From NCBI GenBank assembly GCA_020536535.1, contig JAHLWZ010000554.1:1-39944 (forward strand): 39,944 nucleotides of DNA, written 5' to 3'. The notes beneath the pieces were generated by a model that was not told where the DNA came from, ran no database searches, and worked only from the letters and a program-made list of their open reading frames with translations. Positions 10,563 through 22,733 of this stretch are shown in pieces. Origin of the DNA: Pelomyxa schiedti. Lineage: Eukaryota; Protista; Evosea. The translations under genes and the position numbers were made by a program. Position 1 is the stretch's first letter, and each line of letters begins with the position of its first letter.

Positions 10563-11171
10563 TCAAAATACCATAACTCCTAAAGCAGAATTAGGAACAA
10601 TCATAACCACACGAGGAATTTGAAATTTCCTAATAAAATAATAACAAGAACAGAATATTCCACAGGTAGGTAATAAGTTTGTTTCTTGTTATTTTTTAAG
10701 CCGTGATTTTACACACAACACAACACAACACAACACAACACAACACAACACAACACAACACAACACAACACAACACAACACAACACAACACAACACAACA
10801 CAACACAACGCAACACAACGCAACACAACGCAACACAACGCAACACAGGCACCACCACAAACACATAGTAGATACTTGTTGCACATAGTGCAAGCGGGGG
10901 CCAGATAGTATGCCGTGGTTGTGTCACAGGACGTGTTGGCGGACACCACGTGGTTGAGGCCGTCATACGCCCCGCTCGAGCAGAAGCAGCAGTTCTTGCG
11001 CGTGTCGGGGATCAGCTGCTTGGCCGCCATGGGCACAGGGTCCCCCTGCGTGCACAGCACGTTGCGCCACAGAGTGCCCTTGTCTTTGGCCTCTGTTGTC
11101 ACTGGTGGCGGGGATGATGATCTGGGGCTGTGATGATGCGCCGGGGGCGTGCCCTTCCGTGTTGAAGCCAT
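10563..11171 (-). CDS. Small Cys/His protein with HNH-like (beta-beta-alpha-metal) Zn-finger signature, 2 exons
   Basis: LWRNVLCTQGD...CCFC...LNHVV...YYLAPACTMCNK/KFQIPRVVMIVPNSALGVMVF*. The single intron contains the pentanucleotide microsatellite. Confidence 0.55.
10714..10847 (+). repeat. (CACAA)n microsatellite, about 27 units, last units alternating CAACG/CAACA
   Basis: Directly visible. It lies in the intron of the minus-strand gene and generates the spurious CCVVL/TQHNT ORFs. Confidence 0.97.
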
Positions 11172-11467
11172 GGAATACTTTTCGGGGTAGGAGATGCAGG
11201 GGGACCCTCAAGAACAAGGAAATTCTGACTAGCAACTGGAGAGTTGACAACATATAAGCAGCACACACAGTGAGTAGGGGAGAGTGGGATGAGGAAGGGG
11301 AGCCACCAATAGGAATTTTCTCGTTTGTGATTTTGCCAAGGGTAATTGAATATTTTACCCCTCCTCCCGTGGTGCTAGTTCCCGTTGTAGTTCTAATTAG
11401 CCAAACTCCCCGCCACGCCCTTCGCCGAGAATTAGAAATTTGTTTATAATATATCACACCACCGAGA

Positions 11468-12973
11468 ATGCAGGGGATGTTCGACGAGCTCACCGCTGAT
11501 CAGCAACGCCAAAACCAACCCAGCGACCCCTCGTCACACACGCAGTTTCACAGCCGAAGGGGCGCCTCTACTTCCACTTATGGGACTAGGGCTGACGGAG
11601 GAGCCAGCCGAGGGGGAGGGCGAGGGCGAGGGCGGGGCAGGGGCAGGGGAGCAGGAGCAGAAACAGGAGCAGGAGAGCGAGGGCGAGGGCGAGGGGGGCC
11701 CAGAAGGAGCGCGAGGATAATCCCAAGGACGTTCCCGGCGCCGGGCTGCGACGGCGACGGCGGGGCCGCCTCGTCGTCCTCGTCCTCGGCGGCGGTGAGC
11801 TTCGAGTCGGCCGACGAGGGAGTCCAGGCGTCCGTGAGGAAGCGCCTGTTCAACGAAATATCCGGGGGCCCGACTGCCATCTTCCCGCCTTGGATGCACA
11901 ACAACGGCGCCAACGTCGATCTCGAAGATACTACTTCCGCCACTGCTACTGGTACCTCTACGACCGCTGATAATAATAATTCATCGACTGGCAGCGGCTC
12001 GGTTCAAAGCAATGCACTACTACAACAAGTTCCATCTATTCCTATTGCTCCTCCGCCTCCACCAATGGCTACTCCTACAAGGCCTGCGCTTTCGCTCAAA
12101 GGGTCTCCTAATAAGCAGATATCTCCCTCAAGGTGCAGTGTATCCAAGAAGTCGAGGCTGCGGGATGGCTCACAGGACCAAGAGTTCCGCTCTATAGTGA
12201 ATCACGTGATTGTTTGGATGCATGACAGGGTTGGAGTGCGCGGCGCAGTTACCGTTGTTGGCGGCGGGCCTCTTCCTCGCACAGCCGCGAAGCTCGCCAA
12301 CAGCCTCGCCACAATGTCTCGCGCGGCTGTTTACGCTGACCCAAGGGTGATATTCTACCACTTGCTGTTCAACAAAGTTATTCTCATAGATGGGGAAGAC
12401 CGATTCGTGCCGAATCCGGACTGTACTGTAAGCCCCCAAACATTCATCGGCTTTGTTCCGGCAGAGGAAGCTGCTGAAGAAACTACTCCCGCCGCCTCCA
12501 CCGCCTCAAGCTCTACTAATTCCACTACTTCCGTGGCAGCCTCAGGTGAGCCTGCAAGCACTCCACCCACTAGTACCACTACTACTAACTCCAGTGTGGG
12601 GGAGAAGAAGACAGGTGTGGGCTGCTTCTCCGATGACTTTATGGCTTGCTTTTGGAAATGTGTACAGTGGGTTAAAAGCAACCAATGCATGCCCACTTCT
12701 CTTGAGCCTCTTCTCAAATCCCTATCACAATCATGCGTTATCAAGCATGACATTAACCCCCGCGACGTGGTCATAGAGCTATTTAAAAGGGGCTGCCTAT
12801 CTACCACTGATGATGAAGAATCCGGCACTAGTACCACTACTAATGGGTTGTTGGGTGGGTCTGAGAGTTCAATGGATATGATGGAGGATAATGTACCAAG
12901 TGGATTAGACTGGGAGATAAAGACCCTCCGCTACAACTTACCACCAATATCCGATGTTCACTACAGCCTGTGA
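11468..12973 (+). CDS. Intronless 501-aa hypothetical protein: RG-rich N-terminus plus two internal repeats of an unknown helical domain
   Basis: ORF with ATG and an RGRGRG tract; repeats W..PLPRTAAKLANSL..DPRVIFYHLLFNKVI and W..MPTSLEPLLKSL..NPRDVVIELFKRGCL. Confidence 0.8.
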   Translation: MQGMFDELTADQQRQNQPSDPSSHTQFHSRRGASTSTYGTRADGGASRGGGRGRGRGRGRGAGAETGAGERGRGRGGPRRSARIIPRTFPAPGCDGDGGAASSSSSSAAVSFESADEGVQASVRKRLFNEISGGPTAIFPPWMHNNGANVDLEDTTSATATGTSTTADNNNSSTGSGSVQSNALLQQVPSIPIAPPPPPMATPTRPALSLKGSPNKQISPSRCSVSKKSRLRDGSQDQEFRSIVNHVIVWMHDRVGVRGAVTVVGGGPLPRTAAKLANSLATMSRAAVYADPRVIFYHLLFNKVILIDGEDRFVPNPDCTVSPQTFIGFVPAEEAAEETTPAASTASSSTNSTTSVAASGEPASTPPTSTTTTNSSVGEKKTGVGCFSDDFMACFWKCVQWVKSNQCMPTSLEPLLKSLSQSCVIKHDINPRDVVIELFKRGCLSTTDDEESGTSTTTNGLLGGSESSMDMMEDNVPSGLDWEIKTLRYNLPPISDVHYSL

Positions 12974-13060
12974 TATCATTAGCAAAACCAAAACACACAC
13001 AAAAACAAGGAAATAGGGGAAAAAAATCACTTTTTTTAGAAACTGTTTTTTTTTTTTTGG

Positions 13061-16000
13061 TCATGACCTTTGTGTGTGCTGCTGTTGTTGCTGGAACCGT
13101 CTATTTTCCTCCTCCTTTTCCTTCTTAATTTTGAGCTTGATTTTCTCCCAGGAAACAGGTATCTGGTAGGGGTAAAAATTTAAGTCCAACCTATGGGCGA
13201 AATTTGGGATGAACCTGTGAATAGGCTGCAAACTTTTTGTTTGTTTCGGTTTTTCCCCATTCCTGTGGGTCATGTCAACATGGTGTACAACAGTTGAATA
13301 TTTACCTCAAGATAACGTTGTCTGTAGGCGAGAACTGTATCTACATGTGTGTTGTTCTGTTTGCAGTATTGAGAAAATATTAAGCGGAAATCTATAGAAG
13401 TACTTTTACAGCAATGTCAAGGGCACGCTCCCATCTGTATGCATGAATATGCATTTTGATGGCCCGGTAGAAGGCACCGCTTTGAAGTAGAATGCGTTCA
13501 GCTTCAAGGGGTGCATGCCGGTAATCATGAAGCATGGCGTTGCGTATTTCCAAGGGAGCCGGAAGGTGATTTATGTATTTGATGTGCCGGAGTTTGTCGA
13601 CCTGTTGTAGCTATGAGTGGATTCCCAAAAGGTCGAGTATGTCTTGCGTACCTCTTCAATTGCGGCTAGTGCAATTTCGGCCGTATCGAGCTCTTTTGCG
13701 GAGATTGCCATTGCAGAAACTGCAGCCCACAAATGTGGTTCCTTTACATGCCGACATAACCTCAAGCACTGTCCCCACTCCCTCTGCTGTACCAGGTTAT
13801 GCAAGGTGGGGCCAAGAGGCCCAGTGCCGGTATGGACGAGGGATCCATCTGGCCTACGTGCTGCACATAAGTACTCAGTGAAAGAAACTAGGTGTGCTGA
13901 TCCACCAAATTCTGCTCTTTGATATGTTAATTTCTTCAGTTTTTGTGCATTGCATACGCTGCTTCACGGATAATTGCAGTCTTTGGGAGAAATTCTGGGT
14001 CCACAAACACAGTTTGGGGATAATACCTAGTCAAATAAGAAGGAGGTTTTGCCCCTTTCCCTCCTACCAAACAATAAACTTTCCATCGGCAATAGCTGCA
14101 AGCATATTACATGAATCATGCCACAAAACGGAGTCTACCATTGATACAACCTTGTGGAATGACTGTGTAATAATTACCAAATAAAGATTTAGTAAATAAA
14201 ACTCACCCTTGTGGACACAGGCGAAATAAATAGATCGTTGTTTTTGTCTATCACTGCAATAGTGTGTTGATCATTAAGGTCGCTCTTTGGACTAAGTTGT
14301 ATTTGCAGGATATCCACAGTGTGAACCAATGGCTACTGAAGTTAATACTTCAATTATTGGATAATACTTACAGCAGGAAGAGCTCTCCCTGATGATAAAT
14401 CAAATATGCTGATTGCTTTATTGTTGAAGGTTAGTAGGTTTACAAATAGATCAGAGTGGTTACTTCTTGGATTAGCACGATCTACAAGTGCGATATAAGC
14501 ATCTGTCAGTGACAGTGAATCCGTATTTATAAACTCTGGTCTCAATCCAGGAAGCCGTGGTGTAAGGACATGCCTTGCGTCATAGGTGTAGACATGTACA
14601 CCTGAGCTATCATTTACAGCAAGGTACCTGCAGAATGTGAGAATTCCAAAAAGAAAATTACTGAGTTATACTTGGAGGAAAGGAGAACAAAGGTGACGTT
14701 ATCTTTCAAGTCAATTTGTGTTGGATTTGTCCACTTTGAAGTGTTGTACACGATGCAGCTCGACGAGGTACATAAAACGAGATGGTTGTAAGCCATCGCC
14801 ATCTTTACGATTTCTCTTTGGTAAGTGGGTCAGACCCGAACGCACCACAAGTTTCTATTCATACCGTTTGCCCAACTCTTCAACAAGTATACCATCTTTA
14901 TCTAGGACACGTACACATTGATTTTCGTCGATGACAACAACATAGCCACCACTTTCAACTCTCCTTGAAAGTGTAAGGTGCAAGAGCTCATTAGATACTT
15001 GAATTACCTATCAACAAGTGATGCGAAGCATACAGCCCCATTCGCACCTCCGGCGGCAAATTGTGTGCCATCTGAAGTCCACGCAATTTCGAACAGGGAT
15101 CCTGTCAGAATTGTGTCTCGAGAGTATATCCACTAAAAGGGTGGGTAGAAATTAAAATGAAACAGGGCTGCACATACACCAGCTTTATCACATAGGGCAA
15201 CAGAATTGAAGCTTCCCACAGCAAACATATCCCCATTTGGAGACCATGATACACATGTAATTGGTTGATCCCAAGGGTTACTATTATATAACATCTTTCC
15301 GTATGGATCCCACACCTACTGAAAAATCGATGAGAAAAAAAGGTGCAAGCAATATGAGAAGTAATACTCTGTATCTACAGTCTTCTGAAGCTGATATTAT
15401 CAAATTATTTACTGGATTCCAGTCTGCCTTAAGTATAATTCCACCATGTGCATTCCATTGTTGAAGCTGTTTACACTTTAGTGTATTGTTTCTTGTGGTC
15501 ACCAAGTACATGTGTTTGGGATGGCTGCATTGGCTTAATTATTAAGTTATTTCCACTTGCAATTAGCACTTGGTCCCCGTTAGGGGACCAAACAATGGAA
15601 TATATGCATTTCCCTGCCAAATACAGTGGGTAAATATCATAGAATTAACAGTTCAGTACCTGTTTGCAAAAGGGTTGCACGTGGGAGACCTTTTCTGGAC
15701 CATACCTAAGAAAAATTATCCACTGTAATAGCGAGTGAAAATGGCCTACTCTAAGGTTTCCATCCTCACCTGCCGTGAGGAGAGATGCATCAGCACACCA
15801 TACAACGCATGTAACAGCACCAGTATGGGCATTGGGCACATGCTTCTCCAGTCTGCCGGTTTTATGTACTATTCTGAAAGACCCTTTTGAGAACGCCGAT
15901 GAGATATCTTCTTAACAAAACACCAAATACCATCAGTGCATCCCACAGCAAAGACAGAGTCAGCATCACTTGCACTGGTGGTGGTGCTTGCGCGTGACTT

Positions 16001-16333
16001 GGGCAAAAAAGCTATCTGTGTGTATGAGGTAGTGAGCCTTTCACCCACAGTCCCTGTTGCACTGTGATTTTTATCCCATTTCCATACAACCCCGTCCTCT
16101 CCTATACATTCTAAGTACAATTTCTTCTGTTCTGTAGAACAAAAAAAAAAAAAATTACCACAGGAGTAGAGTTCAGATGAATTCCATGACAGTGAACTTG
16201 CAATTGAGCCGTCTGTTGGTCGTTATGAATTGAACACAATCATTAAGTGCACGGGAAATGATCCCATAAGTGGAAATAGGGGCGCTAAGCACGTACGCTT
16301 TGTCGTAGTGCCAGTGATCAACAACCGCACCAT
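13061..16333 (-). CDS. IFT80: Intraflagellar transport protein 80 (IFT-B2, WD40)
   Basis: Spliced translation includes AHTGAVTCVVW..LLTAGEDG, QWNAHGGIILKADWNPVNNLIISASEDC, WDPYGKMLYNS, FAVGSFN, RWERALDIA, HVDTVLAYRQRYL, WEKIKLKI. All introns read were GT-AG. Confidence 0.95.
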
Positions 16334-16635
16334 TATTTCTCGTTCAAACGAAACGAAAAAAACCAATTCAATGGAGGAGCCCCATTGAGCCACATTATGG
16401 AGCTGTCCCCGGCGCAGGGGAATGCCACATGGCACTGCTTTCAGACCTCTTTCCCTGAGATCGAGGGGAACTGAGACAGGATCTGTTCATTTTGTCCTTG
16501 TTCAAAGAATGAAAACCCAAAAAAAAATTTTGGTGCTGAAAGGCTTTCATGAACCGTGGCACCCTTTTTATGTATTTGTACGAGCAAAATGCAAATCATT
16601 CAAAAATCACAACAAACAAGAGAAAAACAAATTGA

Positions 16636-17391
16636 ATGGAGAACATCAAAATAGTAGCAGTTGGCGACGGAGCTGTGGGCAAGACATGCCTTCTCATCAG
16701 TTACACAACAAATGCATTCCCAACGACATACATCCCAACTGTATTTGACAACTACTCGTGCGCTGTCATGTTCAAGGACAACCTCAAGCCCTACATGCTC
16801 AGCTTATGGGACACCGCCGGGTAGGCACTCCTCCCCAATTTGACATTTGTTTTTTTGATGAGTTGCAGCTTTGTTGTGTTCGTTTGTTTTCCTCAGTTCC
16901 TTTCAATTGAATTAACATAACACAGACAAGAAGAGTATGACAGACTGAGACCACTGTCATATCCCATGACCGACGTGTATCTTGTGTGCTACAGTGTGCT
17001 GGCACCGTCATCCCTTGAAAACGTGGAGACCAAATGGTGCCCTGAGATCAGGCACCACTCCCCCGAGGTGCCATTCGTACTTGTGGGATTGAAGAAAGAT
17101 GCGAGGGCTGACAAAGCCACTCTGTCACTCCTGGCAAAGCGAAACATAATCCCGCTTTCTTATGAGGAAGGCCAAGCCGCGGCCAAGAGGCTCGGTGCTG
17201 CTAAATTCATAGGTATCTTGCATTTCCCCATTTTTCTTCTTTCTTAACAATCAAAATCAGAGTGCAGTGCAATGACCCAGGAAGGCCTCCATGAAGTGTT
17301 CAACTCCGCGATCAGAACCTTCATCGAGAGTCATGGCGGGTGCAGCCTAAAGTCCAAGAAGAAGAGGAACCACAGATGCAGCATTCTGTAG
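16636..17391 (+). CDS. rac: Rac-type Rho-family small GTPase, 3 exons
   Basis: GDGAVGKT P-loop, YIPTVFDNY effector loop, [23 protein letters not shown], polybasic KSKKKR and CAAX CSIL*. Confidence 0.97.
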
Positions 17392-17514
17392 AATATATCT
17401 GTCTCGAACCAGCACTGCTTGTTGTAGTATACTTGTAAAACAGAAAACAATTTTGCATTTGAAATGAATTTTTCTTTTTTTTTTTTGTTTTTCTCTGCAA
17501 AGAGCTATCTGGTA

Positions 17515-20500
17515 TTAATGCTGCTCAGTGTGAGGTTTCTTGGGAGAGGGGGGAATGGGTGTGGTCTGTGGTTGTGATGTTATTTTTACTTCTATTGATG
17601 GTGGGGGTGGTCTTTTCCTGTCGGAATTTGGAGCAGAATTACTACCGGTTGTTGTTGTCTGTGCTGCTTGTTGCGAAGAGGAAGAATTAGAGGGCTTTTG
17701 CTGTGCGGGAACAGGCTTTGATTGTGGGTGTGATTGCGGGGTGTTGTTGATCATAATGGAAGATGCCGGTTTTGTTATGTTACTAGAGGGTGAATGTGGT
17801 GTTGGTGTTGCGGTTGTGGAGGATTTTGTGTGTGATTGTTGTTGCAGAATAGAACTGGTGGGTTTTGGTAGAAGTGCGGAGCCGCTTGTTAGCGGAGGGC
17901 TTCCGGGTAAAGGAAGCAGTCCTTGGGAGGGACTGGATTTTGTACCGCTTGTAGGAATGGCTCTGTTACCGGATGTGAGGAGTGATGGAGTGGTGTTCAT
18001 ATATGGCGATCCAGTGGTAGTGGTGGGCAGCTTTTCTTTGGCCCTTTCGGGTTTATCACGAGGTGGGGATTTGGTGCTGGGTGACCTGAGGGTTTGTCGG
18101 TCTCGGTCTGGTGATTTGGACCTGTCTTTCTCCTTTTTCACTTTTGCTTCCCTTTTAGTAGTATCTGCGTTTCTATCTCTGTCTCTGTCTTTGTCTCGGT
18201 CGCGGTCTCGATCTCGATCTCTGTCTCTATCTCTTTCTGTAGGCCTTGGTGATTTTTCTTTCTCAATCTTCGCCTTCGCATCCTTTCTGTCTCTATCTCT
18301 ATCTGGAGATCGGGGTTCAGTTTTCTTTCTGGTGCTGTCTCTATCCCGTTCTGGGCTCCTGTGGGGTGATCGATCTTTCTCAGACTTTATTTTGGGTTCA
18401 GGCTTGGTGCTGTCTTTGTCCCTGTCACCCCCTTTTGGTGCATCAGGCTTTTTTATATCCCTATCAGGTTTCTCTGGGATTCTATCAGAAGGTTTGGGTA
18501 GAGGATCGTGGTCTTTCTCCGTTTTTATTTTTGCTTCCTTTTTGGTTGAATCTTTGTCCTTCTCTCTGTCACTTGGCTTATCGGGTCTCACCTCTCTGGA
18601 ATCAGTCTTTTCTTTAGGTTTTTCTTTTTCTGGGGCTCGTGACTTTGTATCAGGGGATTTATCATCAGTGCTTGGTTTGGCCTTAGATGCTTTCATTTTC
18701 TCATCAGGTCCCTTCATCTTCACATCAGTTTGTTCTTCAGGGCTTTTTGGTTTATCAGAGGCTTTTGACTTGTCTCTTGCTTTTGACTTCCCATCACCTT
18801 TCCGTTTTTCTTTTTCAACTTTTCCACTAGGCTTATCCTTGAGAGCCTTGCCATCGTGGTCTGCGTCCCTATCTCTACTCCAGCTCCTATCTCTGTCCCT
18901 GCTCTTGTCTCTACTTCTATCTCTGCTTCTGTCCTGATACCGATCCCTGCTCCAATCTCTACTTCTATCTCTGCTTCGGTCTCGGCTTCTATCTCGGCTC
19001 CAGTCTCTGCTTCTCCCCCTGCTCCTATCTCTGCTATCTCTAACTCTGTCTGTGCTATCCCTGCTCCTGTCTCTGCTGTCCCTGCCTCTGCTATCCCAAT
19101 CCCGGTCTCTATCCCTTCCTCTGTCTGGAGGTACATTGGCTGGGTGTGAACCGAATGAGTGAGGCGGGATTGCTTTTGGTCCTTCCCGCATATCTCCACC
19201 CCCCAACTCCACGACAGCATCATCATCATCACGTGGTCGCCGACGATTAGGAACGCCACTCACAGCGTTATTTGCATGTATCATTGCCGCTACAGCTGCA
19301 GCAGCTGCACCCACACCACTTGTCTTCGTGGCCTGTGCAACAGCAGCCAGAGCCCTCGCTGCAGCTGTTGCACTGTGAGAACCGCCAGCCACTTGCTGCA
19401 ATTCTGGTGGTAGATCTTCAACTGAGGGTTCAGAATGAGATTCGTAAACCTGTGTAAAGGGTCATCAGGTCAAGATTTCACCATTGTATGAAATACCTTG
19501 ATTTTTCCCTGCATATTCTGTTCCAAACGCAGTTGCGCCTGCCTCCGGCAGTACACACTCCAAGAGTCTTCATTGAAACCGTAATTGAAATAGTCAGTGA
19601 TCTCAGCTCCGCTTTTATATGTTAAATATCGAACCTTCTCAAACAACAATTAGCATCAGATATACGGTTTTTTCCAGGGCTTCTCCGAATCAGGGATTTG
19701 ATCAATATTGAGCTCATTCAGCTTCGTTGAAGAACCAGTGTAAGGGTAGGCCGAAGGGGTTTGTGGCATAGGGGGCAAACCATAAGGGGGCTGTGGCTGC
19801 TGGTTTGAATAACCAGATGGCAGCGGGGCATACCCAGTTCCACCAGTAGCCCCGCCCTGCGCACCGGGGGCCATGGAATTAAGTGGAACTCCGGGAGCTC
19901 CTGGTTTGCCTAGATAAGAAGGAGGCGGCGGCATCATCATCGGCATCATTGGAGGGTAGCCGTGCGGGGGAGGGTACATCTTTGGGTACATTCCGTACTG
20001 CATTCCAGGGGGGTAGTCCCCTCCCTCCTTGACCTTCTCAGTGTCCAGAATCACATCCACCTCCCCATCATCAGTCTCCGCCGGGTCATAGTTAGTCCCA
20101 TTCCCAGTACCATTCCCACTTGTTCCAGTGTTAGTACTACTACTGATGGCTGAATTGGTGGTGCTATTTGACACACCACTATTAGGTGGCTGGTTTTGAT
20201 TTTGGTTCTGACTCTGGCTCTGCTGGTTTTGCTGTGGCGGCCCTTGCTGCTGCTGCGGCATTGTGGGATCGTGCTTGGCCGTGCTCTGCAGTTGCAGTTG
20301 CCCCCGTTGTGACGTCGCCGCTCCGGAGGGCTGTGCCTGCTGCTGGGTTTGAATCGACGAAGACGACGACGACAACAGATCCCCAAACAACGAGTTGGCA
20401 TCGATCCCTGCGTCTTCTGATTGCTGTTGTTGTTGTTGTTGTTGTTGTTGCTGGGGTGGGGGTGCTTGTGGTTGTTGATGTTGTTGCTGAGAGTGATCAG

Positions 20501-20714
20501 GGGGAGGTGGGCGGCGCCGGGGGTCGTTGTCTACGTTGATTACGTTGCGGGTGGGCCGCTCCGCATTGTGGGTTGGGTGCTGCTGCTGTTGTTGGGGCGG
20601 CGGTTGCTGAGGAGGCGGCTGTTGTTGATGTTGTGGATTGTTGTTGTTTGTGTTGTTGTCCTGGAATGCCCCGTAGAACATGTCGTCGGGGATGGTGCTG
20701 TCCAGCTCGTCCAT
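17515..20714 (-). CDS. FIP1: Pre-mRNA 3'-end processing factor FIP1-like, 3 exons
   Basis: Fip1 motif EKPWKKP/GAEITDYFNYGFNEDSWSVYCRRQAQLRLE; acidic DDGEVDVIL upstream; long RD/RS-rich C-terminal region. Confidence 0.9.
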
Positions 20715-20896
20715 ATTATCGGAATTTACGGTGTGGAGACTGATGTAGCGCTGCCTGTGACTCGAATTGGCCGCAACACCCCTTGTTGGTCGCGTCCAAT
20801 TTACGAAAAAACGAAGAGAATTTGATGGCTAAAAGAGGGCCTTTTTTTTTAATTTTTTTTTCTTTGTGATGTGGGGGTGTGCGAGAGCGAGGGTGC

Positions 20897-22417
20897 TTAT
20901 TCTCGTTTCTTTGGGCTTATGGGACTGGAAGTTGTGTGTGCTGGGGGTGTGGAATTTGGGTGGTAGTTGTGTGTTGTTGGTGTGGTTGTTGTGTTGTTTC
21001 TGCTGGTGGAGGTTGTGCGGACCATGTCCACTACTACTCCGGCATAGACCGCAATGACTGATAACCACATTGTTATTGTTGTGGGGTGCTGGAACCACCA
21101 CACCGACAGCACTATCGAGGTAAACTTCCTTGAAAAGATGTGAGAAACGCTCGAACGGAAGCGGAGAAAAGCAAACCTAGCGGTGGTTATAGTGGAGCAC
21201 ACGAGCGACCCGAAATGTGTAATGACTACATAAACACACATTTGCCCGAATGCACTGCAGAGTGAAAAAAGCGTGATTGGGGCAAGGGCCAAAGGGTTCC
21301 GGATGAGAAAAGCAATGGCTCCAAAAAGCTCGCCGTTTATAATAAGGCCTTAAGTTCGTCAGGAGGCACGAAAAAATAATGTTTTCGGTTTACCAACAAA
21401 AAGCATCACTCCAGCATACAGGTTGGCGAAGCACATCAAGTGGAAGGAGGACTCCTTGTATTCATCAGCAATTTTATCCTTTGTGACGTGAGAAGTTTGT
21501 TATTGGAAGCCGTAAACTTTACTTGAAAGATTCCCGTAACACCATCCATGAAAAGGGACACAAAAAGTAATAGAATCCCCAGGGTACTAGCTCTGGTTGT
21601 TCCACTTTGGGCGGCCTGGGCTAGCTGCATTGTTTATGAGTACGTCTAATAAGAATGAATGCTATGGTTTTAGAAAATGCGTTACCTTCTCGTGCATAAA
21701 TACAGCAATTCCTCCAGTAACAATCAAAACGTATATGATTTTCTCCAAAGAGTATCTTCTACTCCGATTGAATAAAAGCCCCATTACCAAAACTTGAAAA
21801 ATGTGGGAAAAAGGTGCGGTTGAAGAAAAGAAAAACCTGGAATTGGCTTGACCGATTTTGTCATTACTAGGAACAAGAAACGGAAAAAAGTTAGAAATGG
21901 AGGATAGTACAAGTGAGGAAAGTACCTAAAGTTGGGAAGTCTACATAGAGAATAGATTTATTTGAGGCATACATGGCACCCACGTAGCCTATTGCCAGTC
22001 CCACATACGACCGTGCAGTTCCAAGTGGACGCAGAGGTTTCCGCAGAAACAAAATGACTGGATGTGGTCAGAGAAAATTGCATTCAATCGCATCACAAGT
22101 AAAGAAACTACCTAGTAATGCTGCCAAGCAGTTACCTACACACTGTGCGAATACCAAAAATGAAGTATGAACAAACTGCTCTTCATCCGGCCCGTACCGC
22201 GCACTTACTCTTAAACAAAAGTTAAAAAGATTCCTATGGACCATAGTGCATAGAAGGGGGAAAAAGAGGGAGAAAGAGGAAACACCAACACAAAAAGGGG
22301 AAAAAAAAACGGGGAAAGAGGAAACACCTACAAGTGCTCTTGTACCAGACCAATCAAAACGTAAAAGAAATAGATGCCGACACTACTACCGCACATCACT
22401 GCCCCCGACGACCACAT
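20897..22417 (-). CDS. SLC35B1: Nucleotide-sugar/ATP transporter, SLC35B1/HUT1 (UAA) family
   Basis: GIYFFYVLIGLVQE, FLVFAQCVGN, AMYASNKSILYVDFPT, KSVKPIPVLVMG, SLFMDGVTG.FQDKI, SAFGQ..V..TITTARKFTSIVLSV; C-terminal KKRE* (KKXX ER retrieval). Start codon uncertain. Confidence 0.87.
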
Positions 22418-22733
22418 CTGAAACGTAGTTCAAGATTAAAATGCGGATCTCATCATCACTGTTACCTTGAAAAGCACTCGAATCGCTGACTGGACAAAGA
22501 TGAAAACTGAGCTGGACTCCCAAGGACGTCTTGATGCACGCGTCCCTGCTGTACTCGTGGTGCTCCCCTCGGAACAACCAGTGCCTGGATTTGAGAAGTT
22601 CAACAAGATCTGTCCCCTCATCACTTTTTCCCTGAAGAAACGAATCATCTCCAGCAACGAATTCGGCTCTAGCGTCAACGCCGACGACCCACAACCAATA
22701 AAGGGGCAGTGATTGGTAGTAACAGCAGTTATT

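Noticed and set aside
10689-10966. ORFs with CCVVL / TQHNT repeats
   Set aside because: Translations of the (CACAA)n microsatellite inside an intron; neither a CRISPR array (no spacers) nor a real protein.
17540-18937. 465-aa plus-strand ORF rich in SLSL
   Set aside because: Antisense shadow of the RD/RS-rich FIP1 exon.
22467-22712. 81-aa ORF between the transporter and the WH2 gene
   Set aside because: No recognisable motif; lies in a short divergent promoter; likely chance.
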